DNA of 64,000 nt, taken from IMG/VR virus record IMGVR_UViG_3300046004_000518, positions 46,478 through 110,477 of that record. One strand, written 5' to 3'. Below are positions 39,813-48,149 of the stretch, piece after piece. This stretch comes from a virus. A program made the position numbers and the translations under genes. The notes under the pieces are model-generated. The model was not told where the DNA came from. It searched no databases and worked only from the letters and a program-made list of their open reading frames with translations. Every line of letters starts with the position of its first letter. Within the stretch, counting starts at the first letter, position 1.

Positions 39813-40915
39813 TTTACAGGGTACGTAGCTTCAGGTTGTGCTAACTTGAAACCGCCTTTGCCATGTTTGTTATAGGTAAGGATTAACCCGCTTGTAACAA
39901 CTTCAGGGTGCCCTGCTAGTGAACCAAAGTGATTAATATACTGTGCCTTAAAACCAGTAGTTTCGTCGTGTACTACATCAGCCGGACCATAGTTACTTTT
40001 AAGAATGTTACCTAATTCAACATCAAACGCTGGCGGTAACAATACGCCTGTGTCTAATTCTGTTCGCTGATACAACCGTGCCATACTAAGCATAACAATT
40101 GGTTGAATTTCTTCTTTAGGCCAAGTGGTGCGAAAAAAGTTTAGTGCTTTTGCCAAGTAAAGTCCTTTAAGGCTTGAACTAGCTTGTAAGAGATTATATG
40201 CTCCGTATAAGTGATTAATATGGCTAATGTCACCTGCTTTGGAACTAGTACGACGAATTCGTACATTGTTAGTATCACAAATCGATTGGATTCTTGTGGG
40301 TTCTTCGTGGCCACAATCAACACCAATCATGTGTGCGTCATATAAACTCAGTTCACGCTTGCCGCTCTTGTTAATAGTAATCATACTGTTACCAGCATGG
40401 CTAATTAGAATCTTTGTTGCTTCCTCTAAAGAATGTGTGTCATCAATTTGAGCTTCGGTGTACCATACAGGCATATGAGTCCAACCCTGACGTTCACATA
40501 CTCGAGTAGTGTGATGGCCATCCCAAAACAAAAACTTGCCTGAAATTGGATCTTTAATGGCGCATGGCACAATAATCGTTTCTGTTTTGAATAATGATTC
40601 AATTTTAGCAATATGGTTTGGCATAACGTCACGTTGGAAACGTGGATTAATAGCAATATCGTCCATGGCTACCCAAGCAAATTTAGGAACATTAAGTTGT
40701 CTTGGGTCAACAGACAAGCGTAGAGCAGGCGCTGGGCCAACTACAGCGGCTACTGCTTCACCGATATCCTTGTTAGGGATAATACCGTTAGGATAGTTTT
40801 CAGACATGACCCGAAGATCAATCGCTGTATCATCGATTTCAAATTTAGTAGCAAAAGGTGCTAAAAATTTAGCAATACGTTGTTCTTTAAGTTTTGTTTT
40901 ACTAATCTTAGCCAT
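39809..40915 (-). CDS. ParB/Srx-like (DGxH) domain protein
   Basis: IAINPRFQRD...HIAKI...F...FWDGHHT; own sigma70 promoter. Confidence 0.6.
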   Translation of the reverse strand: MAKISKTKLKEQRIAKFLAPFATKFEIDDTAIDLRVMSENYPNGIIPNKDIGEAVAAVVGPAPALRLSVDPRQLNVPKFAWVAMDDIAINPRFQRDVMPNHIAKIESLFKTETIIVPCAIKDPISGKFLFWDGHHTTRVCERQGWTHMPVWYTEAQIDDTHSLEEATKILISHAGNSMITINKSGKRELSLYDAHMIGVDCGHEEPTRIQSICDTNNVRIRRTSSKAGDISHINHLYGAYNLLQASSSLKGLYLAKALNFFRTTWPKEEIQPIVMLSMARLYQRTELDTGVLLPPAFDVELGNILKSNYGPADVVHDETTGFKAQYINHFGSLAGHPEVVTSGLILTYNKHGKGGFKLAQPEATYPVK

Positions 40916-40950
40916 ATGTATTCTCTCTTAGTTGTTAACTTACAAATGCT

Positions 40951-40978
40951 ATTATACACTCTTTTATAGAATTGTCAA
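40951..40978 (-). promoter_or_regulatory. Sigma70 promoter TTGACA-16-TATAAT
   Basis: Perfect hexamers with extended -10 TG. Confidence 0.8.
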
Positions 40979-40980
40979 GC

Positions 40981-41010
40981 AAAAAGAAAGCCCACCGAAG
41001 TGAGCTTCCT
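40981..41010 (-). terminator. Rho-independent terminator ending the tmRNA coding piece
   Basis: AAGCTCAC-TTCG-GTGGGCTT-TCTTTTT. Confidence 0.85.
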
Positions 41011-41360
41011 ACTAGTTTTGATTACAAGGTATAGTTACCCCGTGGTGTTTGTTTCTTAGGCAAACGTTGCTGTTTTAGTAGCAGAACCGAAGCGGAAGCC
41101 ACGACCCATAGATACTTTTACAGCACCAGTTGTAGATGTTTTTGCATTTACAAGATTTTGTATTTTACGTGACCCCACGTGTTGAGTTGTTATCCTATCT
41201 CACGCTGTCGAAACCTGGTCAGGCCCATCAGAAGCATACTATCTCGCTAAAGACATAATCCTTACGGGACCTTAGTGACAATATACTTTTGGTGGACCTG
41301 GGCGGAATCGAACCGCCGTCCAACATGTATTACTTTACAACTTTGCCTTACGGCTACAAC
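40985..41360 (-). ncRNA. ssrA: Circularly permuted (two-piece) tmRNA: acceptor piece ~41360-41290, intervening segment 41289-41227, coding piece from 41226; tag ORF 41145-41056
   Basis: GGGCCUG/CAGGUCC-ACCA acceptor stem with G3-U70; T-arm GGCGG-UUCGAUU-CCGCC; D-loop UUCGAC; P2 pairings CAGCGUG/CAUGUUG and ACAACU/AGUUGU; resume context UAAAU-GCA; the CCA end precedes the 5' end. Confidence 0.9.
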
Positions 41361-41381
41361 AATTTCTTTAGTACTAGTGTA

Positions 41382-41585
41382 TTACACTGGTACAATATTC
41401 GAAGCTTGCTTGCCCTTAGGACCTTGTGTTACTTCAAACTTTACTGCTTGGTTTTCTGCTAGTGTTTTGAAACCTGTGCTCTCAATTGCTGAGAAGTGAG
41501 CAAATAAATCCTCACCTCCTGCGTCTGGAGTGATAAATCCAAAACCTTTTGAATCCGAAAACCATTTTACTTTACCTGTTGCCAT
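41382..41585 (-). CDS. cspA: Cold-shock protein
   Basis: GKVKWF..KGFGFI...[11 protein letters not shown]1/RNP2; promoter TTGACT-17-TATTAT at 41624-41652. Confidence 0.96.
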   Translation of the reverse strand: MATGKVKWFSDSKGFGFITPDAGGEDLFAHFSAIESTGFKTLAENQAVKFEVTQGPKGKQASNIVPV

Positions 41586-41656
41586 TACTGTTACTTCCTT
41601 TATATTTAATTTACTACATAACTATAATAACATACTATAATCACGTAGTCAACTAT

Positions 41657-41788
41657 TTATTGCATAGTTTCAGTATGTTTGTGTTTTAAAGACTTTTTGA
41701 GTATTTTTAGCCACAATTTCTTTTGTTTTGTTACATTGTGTCGTACACAGGCTCTATACATTTTTCTTACTAGTTTACGTGTTTTCAT
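41657..41788 (-). CDS. Very basic 43-aa protein (MKTRKLVRKMYRACVRHNVTKQKKLWLKILKKSLKHKHTETMQ)
   Basis: Manually translated; AGGAAG RBS. Confidence 0.6.
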   Translation of the reverse strand: MKTRKLVRKMYRACVRHNVTKQKKLWLKILKKSLKHKHTETMQ

Positions 41789-41796
41789 TTTACTTC

Positions 41797-42225
41797 CTAC
41801 GGTTTTACTACAATTGGCGGTAATGTCATTTCAATTGTACCATTACTAAGATATCTCTTCTTTTCTGTACTAAAATTTCGTTGCATAAATGTTGCTCTGC
41901 CGCCTTCTACCCACCAAGTATTAACCAACGGTATAACACGTATAGTAGGTGCTGGACCTGCTCCTTCTGACTTTGACATCAGCTGGGTTGGAATTTCAGA
42001 AGTGTCTGGACTATTCCAACATCCTTCATGATTGACCAAATCAGAACTTTCCGTAGCATAAGCACGATACGGATATTCTTCTGCCATCTTCTCAACAGTA
42101 CATGGTCGTGTAGTTAACACAACAACCCCACCGGCATCATCGGGCATGTACATTTCCTTAGGCAATTCAGCTGCCGCCACAGACTGAAATAACGATGCTG
42201 TTAACAATAATAGTATTTTACGCAT
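41797..42225 (-). CDS. Secreted/periplasmic hypothetical protein
   Basis: Signal peptide MRKILLLLTASLFQSVAAA; AGGAGG RBS; TAAATA at 42277-42282. Confidence 0.7.
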   Translation of the reverse strand: MRKILLLLTASLFQSVAAAELPKEMYMPDDAGGVVVLTTRPCTVEKMAEEYPYRAYATESSDLVNHEGCWNSPDTSEIPTQLMSKSEGAGPAPTIRVIPLVNTWWVEGGRATFMQRNFSTEKKRYLSNGTIEMTLPPIVVKP

Positions 42226-42321
42226 TCTGTATTCCTCCTATCGAGCGTCGGAAAAATAACAGGGCGCCGTTATCAGTATTTAACCTTTAAGGTGTAAATA
42301 TTTTGTAACAGAATTATACTA

Positions 42322-42630
42322 TTATGCAACTATACCCACCCGTGCTCGAATTGCTTCTAAACTGATTGCCGGCTTAGTAACCCTAACAGTATTATATTTC
42401 TCATCCGATAGGTTAATTGCTTCTGCATATCGAGCTGTCTGCATTAAGTCAGTGGTTTTAAGATACGCAACCACTCCTGCTTTAGTCAACGGAGCCGCTA
42501 GTTCAATTAATTCGATATCAGTATGACCTGATTTAATTAACATCTTAACTCGACTAACAAAATCATTAGCAAAGCGTACTTTGGTAACGCCATTTAATGT
42601 TGAAACCCCTGCTACTTTAAATAAAGACAT
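42322..42630 (-). CDS. Phage hypothetical protein
   Basis: FKVAGVS...KVRFAND; AGGAG RBS. Confidence 0.7.
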   Translation of the reverse strand: MSLFKVAGVSTLNGVTKVRFANDFVSRVKMLIKSGHTDIELIELAAPLTKAGVVAYLKTTDLMQTARYAEAINLSDEKYNTVRVTKPAISLEAIRARVGIVA

Positions 42631-42638
42631 ACTATCTC

Positions 42639-42833
42639 CTAAAGACGACGTGGAAGTGCCGATAGCCCGCGGATTATCTCACACAATTTATCAATGTCGG
42701 ATACAATTAATCTTGTATCTACCCAATTATCATCATCTGTGTGACCAGAATATTGTAAAGTAAATCCATTGTCATATAAACTGACATTAAACTCATTTAC
42801 ATTTTTTGTTATTCCATTATTTGTTATTGCCAT
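42639..42833 (-). CDS. Hypothetical protein; start revised to MAITNN
   Basis: AAGGAG RBS before 42833. Confidence 0.65.
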   Translation of the reverse strand: MAITNNGITKNVNEFNVSLYDNGFTLQYSGHTDDDNWVDTRLIVSDIDKLCEIIRGLSALPRRL

Positions 42834-42844
42834 TTTATTTCTCC

Positions 42845-43039
42845 TTAACCAATGTGACGTGCGTATTGAATAATACAACGATTAGCACCACCATTCATAT
42901 TACGTACTTGATGTTCTGCATAATCTTGGTTTGGTGCTTCTACTACAACAACATAATTACTTGGACCATCAGTGCCTTGAATACTACCACCTTCATTAAG
43001 TCCACGTGCTAAAGTTTTGTAACTAACTTCGAATCGCAT
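42845..43039 (-). CDS. Hypothetical early protein
   Basis: AGGAG RBS; first gene after the promoter at 43076-43104. Confidence 0.7.
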   Translation of the reverse strand: MRFEVSYKTLARGLNEGGSIQGTDGPSNYVVVVEAPNQDYAEHQVRNMNGGANRCIIQYARHIG

Positions 43040-43075
43040 TTTAATTCTCCTGTTGTTTAATTAACTTACAAACAT

Positions 43076-43104
43076 ATTATACTACCACTTAACCAAAAAG
43101 TCAA
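43076..43104 (-). promoter_or_regulatory. Sigma70 promoter, conserved-spacer family
   Basis: TTGACT-TTTTGGTTAAGTGGTAG-TATAAT. Confidence 0.85.
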
Positions 43105-43111
43105 CCAAAAT

Positions 43112-43501
43112 TTATGCGACCCACCCTTGACCAGTAATTTCATGTAGCCACGGATAAAAACTAGGAATCCGCATAGTCCACTCACCGTTAAAATTTAAGT
43201 AACTGGTAGTAGGTTTTGCTACAGTATCCTGATATAAAGGAATAATTTCGTGGCCGTCAATAATAACTTTAACTTCTACTGCTTCTGGATGCTGGCGTGT
43301 TACAATAACCTTAATTTCAATAGGACCATCAATTGGATAACCTTTAACTAGGATTGATTTATTACTATCTAATAGCCCATCGTGTACTACCTGCCCATTA
43401 ATCAAGGCCACACAAACACACTTATCAACAGGTGTTAGTATTAACTCTATAATAGAAGTTAATTGAGGTTTAATAGCCGTAGCTTCTGAGAAATTCTTCA
43501 T
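43112..43501 (-). CDS. Hypothetical protein; start revised to MKNFSEA
   Basis: Overlaps the 3' end of the radical SAM gene. Confidence 0.6.
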   Translation of the reverse strand: MKNFSEATAIKPQLTSIIELILTPVDKCVCVALINGQVVHDGLLDSNKSILVKGYPIDGPIEIKVIVTRQHPEAVEVKVIIDGHEIIPLYQDTVAKPTTSYLNFNGEWTMRIPSFYPWLHEITGQGWVA

Positions 43502-44795
43502 ATTCCGGTAAATGATCCAATATATTATTGTTGTGTACTTGTTCAAATGCCTTGGTAAACTTAACTAGATTCGCACGTTCTTGTTCGCAGTCTAAGGGCA
43601 CCTGTATAGCTTCTAAGAGCTGTTTATACTCAAAGATTAAGTTGCTGATCACAGGTCTTACAAGGTCTTCTCTACGGCGATTAATTATGGTTTCATTCGG
43701 AACCAAACTATGCCGTTGGATTACTTGATCTAATTTTGCTACGGCAGTCTTACGTAGATCATTGGGCAACAGTTCAATGCGCAGGCAAGTGGGATCGCTA
43801 AGAATATTGCAACTTTCAGCAATAACGCCATTGACCAACATGTACTCAAACACTTGATCTAAATGATATATGGTATAGATGCTAGGTGTAATACGTAAGG
43901 TAATTTGTATGCCTGTAGAATCACGTAGTGCTAGAAAACGATCTAGATTATGTTTAACTTCATCAATCTTACTTGGATAGCGTATATAATCGTTTAGTGA
44001 GTCGAATGTTTCTATACTAACGCCTAGATGAAACTGTTTAAACTCACTTATAATATCAGCAAGTTCATCACTGTAGATAGTACCATTGGTAGTAATGCCC
44101 ACAATGATATCACGGCTAATACCTGCGGCAATTAATGCTGAACATATACGATAAAAGCTCTTTAGATAAAGTGTTTCTCCACCTAAAAAGTGTAGATACT
44201 TAAGACCTTTTATTTCTATTAACTCAGTAACAAACTTATCTACTAACTCATCATTGTCTGACCAATTCTTAAAACGATCATAGGTTTTAAAAATTGTAGG
44301 CTCAATAGCTGTTAACTGTTCATACTCTTTAGTTAGACGACTGCTGTAGGTAGGATTACACATGATACAGCTACTATTACAAGTATTACCTAGATCAATT
44401 TGAATATCAACTGGCGTGCGATTGATTTGCCCATCATTCTTATACGAGTAATTAAAATTTGACCAATGCGGACTGCTGACAAATGTCTTATTAAAGTTAT
44501 CTACAGTAACAGCACTTTTCAGTAGTTGCCGTTGACGACCACTAACTTTATTATGCTGATCTTCGTAATAACAGCCCTGGCATTCTGTACTAGGAATACC
44601 GGATAGTTGCTGTGTACGAAACGCACACATTGTAGGACTGTTCATAAACTCTGCAATTGATGTGTCGCAGATATTGTAATCACTTTGCCCGTCACCTGGT
44701 CGCCATTCACTCATCCAACGACAGGGAATGTAATAGCCTGCTGGCGTTATTCTAAAGTGGAACCAAGGACTGGAGCAAAATGTATCTTTAAGCAT
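43470..44795 (-). CDS. Radical SAM protein with N-terminal twitch/SPASM-like Cys cluster
   Basis: CNSSCIMC (CxxxCxxC), GGE, TNGT; N-terminal CSSPW..PC...CQGC. Confidence 0.9.
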   Translation of the reverse strand: MLKDTFCSSPWFHFRITPAGYYIPCRWMSEWRPGDGQSDYNICDTSIAEFMNSPTMCAFRTQQLSGIPSTECQGCYYEDQHNKVSGRQRQLLKSAVTVDNFNKTFVSSPHWSNFNYSYKNDGQINRTPVDIQIDLGNTCNSSCIMCNPTYSSRLTKEYEQLTAIEPTIFKTYDRFKNWSDNDELVDKFVTELIEIKGLKYLHFLGGETLYLKSFYRICSALIAAGISRDIIVGITTNGTIYSDELADIISEFKQFHLGVSIETFDSLNDYIRYPSKIDEVKHNLDRFLALRDSTGIQITLRITPSIYTIYHLDQVFEYMLVNGVIAESCNILSDPTCLRIELLPNDLRKTAVAKLDQVIQRHSLVPNETIINRRREDLVRPVISNLIFEYKQLLEAIQVPLDCEQERANLVKFTKAFEQVHNNNILDHLPEYEEFLRSYGY

Positions 44796-45415
44796 TAACG
44801 TTTCGTAATAACTTCGTCGGCTAAACCGTAGGCCACTGCTTCATCTGCTGACAAGAATGTATCAAACTTCATTGCTTCATATAGTTCGTCGTACGTTTTA
44901 CCAGCAGTATTGTGACGTGCATATAACTCTGTTAGACGTTTGTTAATGCGCACACTTTCTTCAAAGCTACGTTTAGCATCTTCAAATTGTAGGTCTTGTA
45001 CGTGTACACTACCACGGGTGCCCGGAGTACCTGAACTAACACGGTGAATCATTGTACGTGCTTCTGGTAGGACAATACGCTTGCCTGGCGCACCTGCTTG
45101 CGCTAGGAAGCTACCCATTGAGCAGGCTTGACCAAGTACAATAGTTGATACATCACATTTGATAAACTGCATTGTATCATAAATTGCTAGGCCAGCAGTA
45201 ACACTGCCACCTGGACTATTGATGTAGAACAAGATATCTTTCTCTGGGCTTTCGCTTTCTAAGAACAGCATCTGTGCCACGATTAAACTAGCAGTATGCT
45301 CGTTAACATCAGTGTCCAACATGATGATACGATCTTTAAGTAAACGACTATAAATGTCATAGCTACGTTCGCCTTGACTTGTACGTTCTACTACCATTGG
45401 GACTAAAGTTGACAT
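44795..45415 (-). CDS. clpP: ATP-dependent Clp protease proteolytic subunit
   Basis: [33 protein letters not shown] (Ser), MIHR (His). Confidence 0.95.
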   Translation of the reverse strand: MSTLVPMVVERTSQGERSYDIYSRLLKDRIIMLDTDVNEHTASLIVAQMLFLESESPEKDILFYINSPGGSVTAGLAIYDTMQFIKCDVSTIVLGQACSMGSFLAQAGAPGKRIVLPEARTMIHRVSSGTPGTRGSVHVQDLQFEDAKRSFEESVRINKRLTELYARHNTAGKTYDELYEAMKFDTFLSADEAVAYGLADEVITKR

Positions 45416-45423
45416 GTGATTCC

Positions 45424-46293
45424 TTATATTAAAGTTACTGATTTGACATATTGTCTAGTGGTTAATTGTTCCATTACATCTGTTGCGTTAACTAAATCTG
45501 CCAAGGGTATTGCACCGATATTTAAATACGGATGGCCCCAAGGCAAGTTACGCTGTTCAAAAAACTTATTATGTGTATCATAGTATTGTTTTATTATAAC
45601 AGATTGTTCTGTTACTTGTCTATGATCTGTTGAATAAAATTTAACATTGAAATCTGCACTATAATGTCTAAATGGTTGGAATGCCTCATCTGCAATATAT
45701 GTATCATTGTCTACTGCTAGATTATCTAGAGTCTTGCCAATTTCCGCATAGTTCAAATACACTGTACCAAACTTTATAGCAGGTTCGAACAATGCGTAAT
45801 CTTCTACAGCCAGTGTTTCTGTTTTAGGCAAACCGTAATAGGTCACTACGTGCCTAGGTTGTGCACCTCGATTAACACTTTCGCACCGATGAACAAGTAA
45901 GTTTAAATCTGCTAATGCTAGCCTAACTTCTGGCGATGCTGTCTGCCATACTGGATGTGTCTGCTGATCTAGTAACCCGTGATATACTTCAAAAATATGA
46001 TGTAGATAATTTAATGTATCTTGATCAGCAACGTCAGTTAGTTGTCGATTAATGATTTGTTCATGAGAATTGATAAGCGCAATACATTGTTGCATACGGT
46101 GCAATGCATCTGCTGTTTGTTCTTCTATAGAGCCAAATCCATAAAATCTATCAGGAGCATCAATTGGATATTGCGTCTGAGCTAGCAGTAGTCTTTCAAT
46201 CCATTTTTTAGTTACTGCATGGTTTCTTAATTTAAAATGTAAAGTTACCGAATCGGAAAGATCTGCCGGATTAGCATATTCAATCGCTAACAT
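45424..46293 (-). CDS. Phage hypothetical protein
   Basis: 289 aa; LNYLHHIFE and LNLLVHRCE His motifs; coupled to the TraR-like gene. Confidence 0.7.
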   Translation of the reverse strand: MLAIEYANPADLSDSVTLHFKLRNHAVTKKWIERLLLAQTQYPIDAPDRFYGFGSIEEQTADALHRMQQCIALINSHEQIINRQLTDVADQDTLNYLHHIFEVYHGLLDQQTHPVWQTASPEVRLALADLNLLVHRCESVNRGAQPRHVVTYYGLPKTETLAVEDYALFEPAIKFGTVYLNYAEIGKTLDNLAVDNDTYIADEAFQPFRHYSADFNVKFYSTDHRQVTEQSVIIKQYYDTHNKFFEQRNLPWGHPYLNIGAIPLADLVNATDVMEQLTTRQYVKSVTLI

Positions 46294-46532
46294 TAATGTC
46301 GTTCTGCACGTTCTTTACAAAAAATGCAGAGTCTAACACCGGGTATGGCAAGCTGTCTTGCTCGTGGTATTTCATCGCCACATTCTTCGCAATGTTCAAG
46401 ACTTGGTTGAGCGGCCTGTTTGGCTAGCTCACGTTGTACTGCGGCAATATGATTCATGTTATTATGAATAGCATGAAGCTGACCCATTTCTGCTTCTTCT
46501 TCGTTATTATATTGAAATTCATCAGTAACCAT
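46293..46532 (-). CDS. TraR/DksA C4 zinc-finger protein; start revised to MVTDEF
   Basis: CEECGDEIPRARQLAIPGVRLCIFC; AAGGA RBS. Confidence 0.88.
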   Translation of the reverse strand: MVTDEFQYNNEEEAEMGQLHAIHNNMNHIAAVQRELAKQAAQPSLEHCEECGDEIPRARQLAIPGVRLCIFCKERAERH

Positions 46533-46560
46533 TTGTTGTTTCCTTATTCTCAAGTAACAT

Positions 46561-46589
46561 ATTATAGACTATTTAACCACTTTTGTCAA
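46561..46589 (-). promoter_or_regulatory. Sigma70 promoter TTGACA-17-TATAAT
   Basis: Perfect consensus; spacer contains TGGTTAAAT. Confidence 0.85.
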
Positions 46590-46813
46590 GCAAAATATAA
46601 TTTAAGTAAACCAGCAAGGCAAACTAGTATACCTGCGGCGTTGACTATCATCTGTGGTTTGTTAGCCACACGAAAACTCCAGGCAAAATAAAACAATCCA
46701 CCAAAGCAACCCAGGATAATATTAACAGGGTATAGCTCAGGATAAAAGCTCATGATCACATACATAGTGATCAGGCAACTTGTTCCTAACCATTGTAGCG
46801 TGTGATTAATCAA
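46586..46813 (-). CDS. Small three-helix membrane protein (similar to 2573..2803)
   Basis: W...YPVN...G...W....K....N pattern. Confidence 0.65.
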   Translation of the reverse strand: MINHTLQWLGTSCLITMYVIMSFYPELYPVNIILGCFGGLFYFAWSFRVANKPQMIVNAAGILVCLAGLLKLYFA

Positions 46814-46992
46814 GCCAATGCCCCATCTTCAACAAATTCTAATTCCATCAATGCTTCTTCAACGGAGTCAAAGCCACAGACATCGTAGCCTGTGCGATAG
46901 TGCTTAACATAGTAAGGACCATTGCCTGGACTTGCGTTTGTATCAATACCAACTTCACCAATACCTTTAATTTGTTTAATTATTTTATCCAT
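46810..46992 (-). CDS. Hypothetical protein; start revised to MDKII
   Basis: AAGGAG RBS. Confidence 0.65.
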   Translation of the reverse strand: MDKIIKQIKGIGEVGIDTNASPGNGPYYVKHYRTGYDVCGFDSVEEALMELEFVEDGALA

Positions 46993-47002
46993 GCTATTCT
47001 CC

Positions 47003-47431
47003 TTACCAACTTGAATTATAAAATACACGTAAGCCTAAGAACAGTTGACTACGTGCTTCTTGAATAAACTTTAAGTCATCCCCACGATAGTAATCATCTG
47101 CCGGATCACCAAAGAAGAAACCACTTGTACCAGGTAGTGCGCCTTGATTGATATCTTCCTCTAACATATCGATATCTTCCCAGGTCAGTTCAAGTTCAAT
47201 ACCGTTGAATGTTTCTTCGTCATCGCTGTCACGTGGACTGCCTTTACTCCGCCAAAGTTCTTCCATCCAACCATGCAAGTTGGGGTGCTTGCGCCAATAG
47301 GCAATTTCAATTGGTTTGGTTACTTTAGCATTAACGTAGTCACCAGTTTCTGGATCAAACTCACCATCATGCCAAAACTCTTTTTGTTGCCCTTCTCTGG
47401 CGGCGGCATACGCATACATGTCTAAGCCCAT
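47003..47431 (-). CDS. Phage protein of the MGLDMY...YWRKH type
   Basis: MGLDMY, EIAYWRKHPNLHGWM, GFFFG, YNSSW. Confidence 0.75.
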   Translation of the reverse strand: MGLDMYAYAAAREGQQKEFWHDGEFDPETGDYVNAKVTKPIEIAYWRKHPNLHGWMEELWRSKGSPRDSDDEETFNGIELELTWEDIDMLEEDINQGALPGTSGFFFGDPADDYYRGDDLKFIQEARSQLFLGLRVFYNSSW

Positions 47432-47712
47432 TAAGCAGCCTTCCTTTCGTCTTTCATCATGTTAAACATAATATATTTGGCAACATTCATATATTGACGA
47501 GCACGGTTAGCAGTTTCTGGACTTACCCACCCATCTTTATTAAACTCTGGATCCATAATCTGTTGCGCATCACTTAACATACCAGCGGCAAACATCAATT
47601 CTGTACCTGGAAAAGCCTGTGTTTCTACTAGGTGCTTAACAGAAGCTTCTGACATACCGTAGCATTGAATTTCCCAATCTAAATCAGCTTGTGTTTTAAT
47701 TGAAGTTGTCAT
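47431..47712 (-). CDS. Hypothetical early protein
   Basis: GGAG RBS; follows the promoter at 47745-47773. Confidence 0.7.
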   Translation of the reverse strand: MTTSIKTQADLDWEIQCYGMSEASVKHLVETQAFPGTELMFAAGMLSDAQQIMDPEFNKDGWVSPETANRARQYMNVAKYIMFNMMKDERKAA

Positions 47713-47744
47713 ATTTTGCTCCGTTTTGTTATTGTATGTGTAAC

Positions 47745-47773
47745 ATTATACAGTCATTTTACCAAAATGTCAA
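47745..47773 (-). promoter_or_regulatory. Sigma70 promoter, conserved-spacer family
   Basis: TTGACA-TTTTGGTAAAATGACTG-TATAAT. Confidence 0.88.
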
Positions 47774-47781
47774 CCAAAATC

Positions 47782-48066
47782 TTAAAGACTCCAATATGTT
47801 TCTGAGCTAACATCACAACTTAGCGGAGTGTTAACACTTTGACGAACAGGTTTACCTGACATTAAGTTGGTAACCGTTTCATATTTTTCAATGTTAGTTC
47901 GGAAGTCGCCAAGTTCTGCCACAGCAAAATCTTCTTTACGATAGCCCATTTTAACCATACGGGTTAAGAACGCTTTAGCGGCAGCTTCTGTAGCATAGTA
48001 TTCTTTGCCATATGCTTTAGCTCGTATTGTTTTAGTAGTTTCTTTGTTGTAGACTATGTATGTCAT
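47782..48066 (-). CDS. Hypothetical early protein
   Basis: AAGGA RBS; C-terminal NLMSGK...NTPLSCDVSSETYWS. Confidence 0.7.
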   Translation of the reverse strand: MTYIVYNKETTKTIRAKAYGKEYYATEAAAKAFLTRMVKMGYRKEDFAVAELGDFRTNIEKYETVTNLMSGKPVRQSVNTPLSCDVSSETYWSL

Positions 48067-48098
48067 TTGTTCTTCCTTGTTAACAGTTTATGTATAGC

Positions 48099-48127
48099 AT
48101 TATACAGTCAATTTACCAAAATGTCAA
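48099..48127 (-). promoter_or_regulatory. Sigma70 promoter, conserved-spacer family
   Basis: TTGACA-TTTTGGTAAATTGACTG-TATAAT. Confidence 0.88.
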
Positions 48128-48149
48128 TCGAAATAAATGTAAATACAAT

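Noticed and set aside
41290-41325. Possible stand-alone tRNA
   Set aside because: Only a T-arm and 3' acceptor strand are present with no anticodon arm; the complementary 5' strand lies downstream at 41226, which fits a permuted tmRNA
41275-41499. 74-aa plus-strand ORF (MTIYFWWTWAESNRRP...)
   Set aside because: Antisense shadow of the tmRNA T-arm and cspA; WWTWAESNRRP is the typical translation of a reversed tRNA-like end
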